A stretch of 64,000 nucleotides of DNA from an uncultured Flavobacteriales bacterium (lineage in GTDB: Bacteria; Bacteroidota; Bacteroidia; Flavobacteriales_E; Vicingaceae). Location: assembly GCA_964001305.1 (NCBI GenBank), contig CAXFAI010000008.1:11609-75608 (forward strand). The letters are read 5' to 3'. Position numbers and translations under genes: made by a program. This document shows, one piece after another, positions 58,095-64,000 of the stretch. Each line of letters begins with the position of its first letter. Within the stretch, counting starts at the first letter, position 1. The notes below the pieces were generated by a model. It ran no database searches. It saw nothing but the letters and a program-made list of their open reading frames with translations, and had not been told where the DNA came from.

Positions 58095-58838
58095 TTACAA
58101 GGAATTGAAATGCCTGTTCAGTTGATTCATTACAAACTTCTTCTTAGTTCTGCTTACAGGAATTTTAGCTTTATTTTTTAAAATCAAATAACCACCATCA
58201 CCATTACATAGTTCTATTACTTTTTCTAAATTAACAATGTAACTTCTATGAACTCTAACAAAAGTGGATTTCTGCAGTTTCGATTCAAAAAGTTTTAAAA
58301 TTTTTGAAACTAACAATCGTTTGCCTTCTTCTAAGTAAATGTTACTGTAATTGCTTTCTGCTTTTAAATAGATAATGTTGTCTAATGGAATGTACTGAGT
58401 GCCAGTGCTGTTAGGGATTCCGATTTTTGCATTTTTTTTCATTTTAGGTTTTAAAACTTCATGAGATTGAGTTGAATCTTCTTTACTGTAGTTCTGCGTA
58501 AAACGATTTATTGCGTGATTAAGTGAAAAACTATTGATTGGTTCAGCAAGAAAATCAAATACATTATACTTTTTAGCTTCTAATACTTCACTTTCTTTTG
58601 AGCCAATTAAAATTACACGTGAAGACCTGTTAGCCAATTTTTCTAAGACATCAAAACCACTTGAATCTTTAAGTTGAGTGTTTAATAAAATTAAATCAGG
58701 GTTATATTTATGAATTAAATCTATTGCAGATTTTGAACAAATAGCCCCTCCTATAATGTGGTTGTTATTTTGAAATTTAACCCATTGGGTTAGTTGTTGA
58801 ACACTTTTTTTATTCCCTTCAATAATAGCAATATTCAT
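58095..58838 (-). CDS. LytTR-family DNA-binding regulator with a degenerate (pseudo-)receiver domain
   Basis: C-terminal LytTR pattern IIYLKAESNYSNIYLEEGKRLLVSKILKLFESKL...FVRVHRSYIVNLEKV. The N-terminal CheY-like fold lacks the acidic pocket, phospho-Asp and Lys (see findings). Confidence 0.85.
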   Translation of the reverse strand: MNIAIIEGNKKSVQQLTQWVKFQNNNHIIGGAICSKSAIDLIHKYNPDLILLNTQLKDSSGFDVLEKLANRSSRVILIGSKESEVLEAKKYNVFDFLAEPINSFSLNHAINRFTQNYSKEDSTQSHEVLKPKMKKNAKIGIPNSTGTQYIPLDNIIYLKAESNYSNIYLEEGKRLLVSKILKLFESKLQKSTFVRVHRSYIVNLEKVIELCNGDGGYLILKNKAKIPVSRTKKKFVMNQLNRHFNSL

Positions 58839-58970
58839 AGTTGAATTTGTTTTTCATCATACCATTATAGCATGATTAATTAAAGGTGACTAAGAGTAAT
58901 TTGTAGGTATTAATTGAATTGTCTTTCCTTTCAATTCGAGTGATGGCTCGAATCAAATATAAGCAAGATT

Positions 58971-59003
58971 AAAAAAAAGAGCCATTTACTAAATGGCTCT
59001 TTT
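58971..59003 (-). terminator. Strong intrinsic terminator after the giant surface-protein gene (also palindromic on the plus strand)
   Basis: 10-bp stem AGAGCCATTT (58978-58987) / AAATGGCTCT (58991-59000) with a 3-nt loop. Flanked by A8 on the plus strand, which is T8 after the hairpin on the minus strand. Confidence 0.88.
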
Positions 59004-59021
59004 CTAATTGATTCTAAAATT

Positions 59022-62000
59022 TTAGCGATTAATGATCAATTTTTCTGTCTTTAATTTGTCATTTCCAATACATTGAATACTGTATGTACCTGGTTTAAGA
59101 GAACTCAAATCTAGGGTTTGCTTAGTCCCATTTTTAAAGTTCATTCTTTCTTCCAAAGAAACCTTTCCAGTTATATCAAAAACTCTCACTAAATAAACTC
59201 CATGAGTTGGTGTTTCAATATATAGAACCCCGTTCGATGGGTTTGGATAAATTTGAATTTCATCATCATTCATGAATTGATCAAAATTACTTTTCTCTCT
59301 TCTACGACTTGCTGCACTTTCATCACCACATCTTTCAACATCAAAGCAAACGGTAAAGGTGCAAGTAGAAGAATCGCATAAATTGGTAATTATAACATCG
59401 AAACAAACTGTTCCCCCTGGGAAATACATTAAATTGGTATTCCAAAGTCCATTAATGAAATTATAACCAGGCGATATATATTGTGGGTTCGAGTTAATGA
59501 TTGAACCTATTGGTGGAATTATGGAATAAGTATAACGATCGCAATCTTTTCCTATTCCTGCAAAATTTAAAGACAAGTTGAAATCATAATAGACGGTTCC
59601 ATCTGAGGCAATTTTACAACGAACTTTGTCCATTTTTATGTCTCCTTCACAAGGTTCACTACAAGTAGTTAATGTAAGGTCTGTTTCGCAGGAATAACCT
59701 TCACAACCATCGTAGGTCATTATGTAAAGTCTTATGGTGTGCGTGCCAACTGTGTTTGCAACATAATCTGGAACAGTTCCTGACCCTGAGCTCACAACAT
59801 TCCAAGTCACACCATCAAATCGTTCCCATTTCCAAACAGCATAATTACCTGAAATGCCCGGGAAATTATAAGTTCCTCCAGGTTCTATACAATCTTCATA
59901 ACAACCACACATAAACTCACAAAAGTCTGGAAGTTCATATACGTTTACACTATTATAACTTTTACAACCATTAATATCAGTACCTTCCGCGTAATATACC
60001 CCTGATGAATTTGCAAATGTAGAGGTGCTTACATCTCCTGTACTCCAAGAAATTGAGCTGAATATGCCAGGATTTGTTACCGTTAATTGAACTGGATTAT
60101 TCGGACAAGCAGGGCTCGGGTTTGTACTAATGTAAGGAGGGCCTGGATTAGGATGAACGACAACTGAGAATGGTAATGATTCTTTTGTACAATTCGAAAC
60201 AGGTTCGGTAATAATAACTTTAAACTCATGGGTGCCAACAGGGGCGTTTGAGTAACTAAAGTCTGTTCCTGTTACTCCTGAAGGAGTATATGGAGAGCCA
60301 TTTATGCTTTCATACCATGTGTAGGTGAAATTACTTCCATAATTGCAAATCAAGCCGATATCGTCTCCAACACAATATTCATCTTCTCCAATAATAAGAG
60401 CTAGTGGGATTTCGACTACTTCAACAATCTCTGGGCCAAAGCTTTTAAAACAACCGTATGTGTCTGTTACTCCTAGGATATGGGAAGAGGTTTGAGTAGT
60501 TGTTTTAACATTTCCAATTGTTCCATCAACCCACAAATAGTCATATGGAGATGATGAAGGAGAGGTTGTATTATTAAATGTTAATGTGGCTGTGTTGCCA
60601 GGACACATAGGCATTGTAGATGGGCTGACAGTAATCATACCCGAAAGATTGTTATTCTTGATTTCTACTTGCTGACTATATGTATCATAACAACCATACT
60701 CATCTACAATACTTAAATCAACTTGATATGTACCGCTTGAAGTATAAGTTTTATCAGGATCTGAGGTTAAAATGGTTGATCCATCATTAAAGTCCCACAT
60801 CCAAGAAGTAATATCTCCTACAGATAGGTCATCAAAATCTATTGGATTTCCAACACAAATTGGAGAATAGTTAAAGCTGAAATCTGCATCTGCTTTTTCA
60901 GGCATAATAAATACTTCTTTATGTGTACAATTAGCGGGAATCGTTTGGCCGCCCCAAGAATATGTTAATGAAACATTAAGTGTTATTTCATAACTATGTC
61001 CTGGAGTTAGTCCAGATACATTTAAGAAATCCATACTACTTGAAGAAGTTAAATTGGATCCAAGGGTTAAATCGAAGATATTCCAGTTGTGATTAAAACT
61101 TGAAAGTGGACCATGTACTACGTCAGAAGTATTAATAAGGTCTACATCAAAGTTATTTCCGGGGCAACTAATGTTTATTTCAAAGTCACTTACTACAGGA
61201 ACCACAACATCAATTGTTTTGGCATTATCGCAAATACCAGGTCCATATGTGCCTGCTACAGTAACTGGGTAAACTCCACTTGCTGGAAAGCTAAAAGTTG
61301 GATTTGAGCCTGTTGCAGTACCTAAATTAGCAAAATACCATTTTATACTAGTTGGAGCAGGACTAATTGTTTCAAAAAATGAAACTACATTACAATTGGG
61401 AGTTTGAGTTCCAAATGAATAGCTATAGTTAGCACTACCACCATTGGGGGTACAAGTTGGAGGAGTTCCACAATTGCGCACATTTATAGTGTTTGTTGTA
61501 GCTGTGCATCCATTTCCATCTTGAACAACAACGTAATAAGAGCCTGCATCACTCGGGTTGTTCCCCATAGAGTGATTCGTTGTGCCAGTTGGGCTAAATG
61601 TACTGCCATTGTGATACCAGGTATAGGTGTATGGGCCAGTTCCTTGAACGCTTAAGAAAAGAGTAACAGCGTTATTGTCTATACAGTTTATGTCTCCTGT
61701 ATAAGTTAAGTTAGCAACTGGTGCTGGGTTGACAGTTACATTCATTGTTTCGGTGAAAGTGAGGTTACAATTATCGGCTGTCATTCTAATAACAAAAGAC
61801 CCACTATGATTAGGGAAGGAGTAATTAAAAGAACTTCCCGAACCACTTGCAATAATACTTGCGTTCGAAGTGTTTTCTATTTCCCAATTAAAATTAGAAG
61901 GTGAGCCAATGTTGAATGTAGCATTCCAACTTCCATTTTGATTTTGACATAATGTGGTAGGTCCGGTTAATGTCATAACTGGATTGGTAACATTCACTTT

Positions 62001-64000
62001 AAAAGTATCATTAGTTAAATTGGCATTACAGAAAACGGGAGTTAATATTACATCAGCAAACCCAGAGTAGTTATTCCAAATGACATTAATGGTATTGCTT
62101 CCTTGGCCGTTTACAACACTTCCAGCGGTTGATGGATTAATACTCCAAATGTAGTCGTCTAGCAATGCCCCTGTTGTATATTGTTCAGGGGTAGTAGAGT
62201 TTGTATTTGCACATACAGGGGTATTTCCCGTAATGTTTACCACTGGTGGTGTTTTGTCTAATATGGTAACATTGTATGGGTCAGATTTACAATTGTTGTT
62301 TTTTGATATGTGATAAAGAGAAATTTCCTTAATGGGTCCATTCCAGATAACAGAAACGGAGTTGCCATTAGAGGTAGTAACACTCCCATTATTGTTTACT
62401 TCCCATTCTAAATAATAGTTAGAAGAAGCAGGACTTGCAGTGTAAATGCTTAAATCACCAATACAGACTTCAGTTGGTCCGTTAATTACGGTTGGTTCAG
62501 CTGGTTTTTCAATAATCGTAAGTCCATGAATTGCATTATCATTGCAATAGTCTCTAGGAGAGCTAACATCGTAAGCAATTACTGTGTAAGAACCCGCGGT
62601 TAATGAAACTGGAGTGTTAAAACTACTGTTGGGTGTTCCAGTTGCTACAATACTGCCACTTTGGTTTTTAACCTCCCAGCTTAAAGTGCTACCAGATGGT
62701 CCTTGAATATTAGCTGCATCACCTTCACATATAAAATCTGGACCTGTTATTTCGAAAGGAGGTAATACTTCTACTTGAAAAGTATTTGACATTCCAGTGC
62801 AACTTAGAAAGGTGTTTTGATAATCAACAGTAATGTTATGTGTTCCTGAGCTGTTGAATTGATATGAAAAATCATGATCATTGCCTGTTTGTAGGACACC
62901 ATTTACATACCACTTGTATGTGGTGCCTGGAAAACAAGGGACCGAATAATGACCATTCTCACCAATACAAACTACATCATCCCCTTCAATATCTATGGTG
63001 TTTGGAATAATCGGTATGTCAACACTTACCACTTGGTCGCAAATATTTCCACAGCCATTTACTGAAAGTGAAATTGTGCCAATGGGACCTGATCCCCAAC
63101 TGATTTCTATTGAGGTAACATCAATACCATCAACATGAGTACTTGTCATGCTATTTATCGTTCCGTTTGCATTAACAATGGTTCCGTTTGGTGAAATGTT
63201 CCATTCATAATGACCACCAACACAAGGCTGGGGTAAAATGGCATCATAAACAAACGTACCGTTATTACAGATTACATTTTGACAAACGATTTCGGGCCCT
63301 TCTTCATGCATTACTTTAACCCTCATGTAAGAAGTGTCTTTGCAATGACAGTTATTTTCTACCACTTGCATAACAAGGTAGTTTCCTGGATTTGTAAATG
63401 TTTCACAAGGGTTTTGTTGGTTTGAGGTATTTCCATTTCCAAAATCCCAAAACCATGAATCAGCGCCAAGGGATAAATCATCAAAACAAGCTGTGCTATT
63501 TAAACAGATTTCAAGAGTTGGAGCAGTAAAAGGGTCATTAGAACTATAGAGTGCACTACCTCCATTGTCAACTTTAAAACGGGCTATCGGTTTATCAACA
63601 ATTTCAATGCAAGTAGTATCAGTTTGAACACAACCTGCAGGAGTTGTTTCAGTAACAATTACAAAAGCTTGACCGGGACTGCCCCAAGTAACAGTTGCTG
63701 AATTTGTGGTTGCACCACTTATACCAGTATAGCTTCCTATTACAGTCCATTGATAGGAGTTACCTGCTACGTAATTTGTAGTATAAGTCACAGGACTATC
63801 TTCACAAACTGTTTCACATTCAGAAGGACCTCTTGGGTTATGTTGTACATACCTTTGCCCTTCGCCTTTCACTGTATCTTCAACACAATCGCTATCGAAG
63901 TTTGAACTAATTAAAGGATTAGGGCTTGTGTTTACAGTTACATTTAGTGAGGTGTTATTTATTACTGTATTACCATTTACTTCTTGAATACTAACTGTGT
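59022..64000 (-). CDS. Giant cell-surface protein with PKD and Ig-like repeat modules and a type-A T9SS C-terminal sorting domain (N-terminus beyond the window)
   Basis: The frame stays open from the GTG at 63872 to position 64000 (my translation: ...TVSIQEVNGNTVINNTSLNVTVNTSPNPLISSNFDSDCVEDTVKGEG...). PKD signatures WFWDFGNGNTS and WMWDFNDGST. C-terminus IQIYPNPSNGVLYIE...GTYSIQCIGNDKLKTEKLIINR. Confidence 0.85.
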   Translation of the reverse strand, partial: TVSIQEVNGNTVINNTSLNVTVNTSPNPLISSNFDSDCVEDTVKGEGQRYVQHNPRGPSECETVCEDSPVTYTTNYVAGNSYQWTVIGSYTGISGATTNSATVTWGSPGQAFVIVTETTPAGCVQTDTTCIEIVDKPIARFKVDNGGSALYSSNDPFTAPTLEICLNSTACFDDLSLGADSWFWDFGNGNTSNQQNPCETFTNPGNYLVMQVVENNCHCKDTSYMRVKVMHEEGPEIVCQNVICNNGTFVYDAILPQPCVGGHYEWNISPNGTIVNANGTINSMTSTHVDGIDVTSIEISWGSGPIGTISLSVNGCGNICDQVVSVDIPIIPNTIDIEGDDVVCIGENGHYSVPCFPGTTYKWYVNGVLQTGNDHDFSYQFNSSGTHNITVDYQNTFLSCTGMSNTFQVEVLPPFEITGPDFICEGDAANIQGPSGSTLSWEVKNQSGSIVATGTPNSSFNTPVSLTAGSYTVIAYDVSSPRDYCNDNAIHGLTIIEKPAEPTVINGPTEVCIGDLSIYTASPASSNYYLEWEVNNNGSVTTSNGNSVSVIWNGPIKEISLYHISKNNNCKSDPYNVTILDKTPPVVNITGNTPVCANTNSTTPEQYTTGALLDDYIWSINPSTAGSVVNGQGSNTINVIWNNYSGFADVILTPVFCNANLTNDTFKVNVTNPVMTLTGPTTLCQNQNGSWNATFNIGSPSNFNWEIENTSNASIIASGSGSSFNYSFPNHSGSFVIRMTADNCNLTFTETMNVTVNPAPVANLTYTGDINCIDNNAVTLFLSVQGTGPYTYTWYHNGSTFSPTGTTNHSMGNNPSDAGSYYVVVQDGNGCTATTNTINVRNCGTPPTCTPNGGSANYSYSFGTQTPNCNVVSFFETISPAPTSIKWYFANLGTATGSNPTFSFPASGVYPVTVAGTYGPGICDNAKTIDVVVPVVSDFEINISCPGNNFDVDLINTSDVVHGPLSSFNHNWNIFDLTLGSNLTSSSSMDFLNVSGLTPGHSYEITLNVSLTYSWGGQTIPANCTHKEVFIMPEKADADFSFNYSPICVGNPIDFDDLSVGDITSWMWDFNDGSTILTSDPDKTYTSSGTYQVDLSIVDEYGCYDTYSQQVEIKNNNLSGMITVSPSTMPMCPGNTATLTFNNTTSPSSSPYDYLWVDGTIGNVKTTTQTSSHILGVTDTYGCFKSFGPEIVEVVEIPLALIIGEDEYCVGDDIGLICNYGSNFTYTWYESINGSPYTPSGVTGTDFSYSNAPVGTHEFKVIITEPVSNCTKESLPFSVVVHPNPGPPYISTNPSPACPNNPVQLTVTNPGIFSSISWSTGDVSTSTFANSSGVYYAEGTDINGCKSYNSVNVYELPDFCEFMCGCYEDCIEPGGTYNFPGISGNYAVWKWERFDGVTWNVVSSGSGTVPDYVANTVGTHTIRLYIMTYDGCEGYSCETDLTLTTCSEPCEGDIKMDKVRCKIASDGTVYYDFNLSLNFAGIGKDCDRYTYSIIPPIGSIINSNPQYISPGYNFINGLWNTNLMYFPGGTVCFDVIITNLCDSSTCTFTVCFDVERCGDESAASRRREKSNFDQFMNDDEIQIYPNPSNGVLYIETPTHGVYLVRVFDITGKVSLEERMNFKNGTKQTLDLSSLKPGTYSIQCIGNDKLKTEKLIINR

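Noticed and set aside
58819-58860. A 13-codon upstream ORF (MMKNKFNYEYCYY) overlapping the LytTR start, considered as a possible peptide-pheromone precursor by analogy with Agr/Com systems.
   Set aside because: It is far too short to support. There is no leader peptide, processing gene or exporter nearby, and it is expected by chance.
58023-58936. A shared motif GTCT(TT)CCTTTCAATT on both sides of the LytTR gene (58023-58036 and 58921-58936, exact 11-mer TCCTTTCAATT), considered as a possible LytTR operator.
   Set aside because: Hundreds of chance 11-mer pairs are expected in 64 kb of AT-rich DNA. There is only one copy per site and no direct-repeat pair with the 12-13 bp spacing typical of LytTR operators.

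Overview
This is an AT-rich chromosomal segment (composition judged by eye, not computed) that looks like Bacteroidota core genome, probably Flavobacteriales. The evidence for that placement is type IX secretion (T9SS) and gliding genes: sprA, an orphan gldA-like ABC ATPase, and three cargo proteins with type-A C-terminal sorting domains. It also carries an alternative complex III operon (actABCDEF) followed directly by aa3-type cytochrome c oxidase subunits II and I. Promoters of the form TTTG-N17-19-TAnnTTTG and many lipoprotein and beta-barrel envelope proteins fit the same picture. I support about 50 protein-coding genes, one initiator-type tRNA-Met, seven clear intrinsic terminators and a few promoters. 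I found no rRNA, CRISPR array, transposase, integrase, phage gene or recognisable defence gene. Housekeeping genes are ruvA, ruvB, queG, ubiX, cobB, maeB, gcvH, gcvP, metK, era, der, rsgA, dtd, kmo, kynU and an mlaEF-like pair. The supplied ORF track has three kinds of error. It misses one edge-truncated, TTG-initiated gene (1-564, minus strand). It over-extends several N-termini. Its last ORF (59022-63872) is in fact open to the window edge. Nothing looks like a mobile or accessory island. The best uncharacterised candidates are: (i) a tightly packed envelope operon of a TlpA thioredoxin, a DUF6029-like barrel, an Omp28-like CxxC lipoprotein and a small porin; (ii) an Omp85 barrel without recognisable POTRA repeats, fused to a PD40 propeller and coupled to a half-size TSUP channel and an M20 amidohydrolase; (iii) a UbiA-like membrane protein, kynU, kmo and an outer-membrane barrel in one string; (iv) an orphan LytTR regulator with a fully degenerate receiver domain, next to a giant PKD/T9SS surface protein. 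All functional calls come from motif and architecture recognition by eye. No database searches were run.
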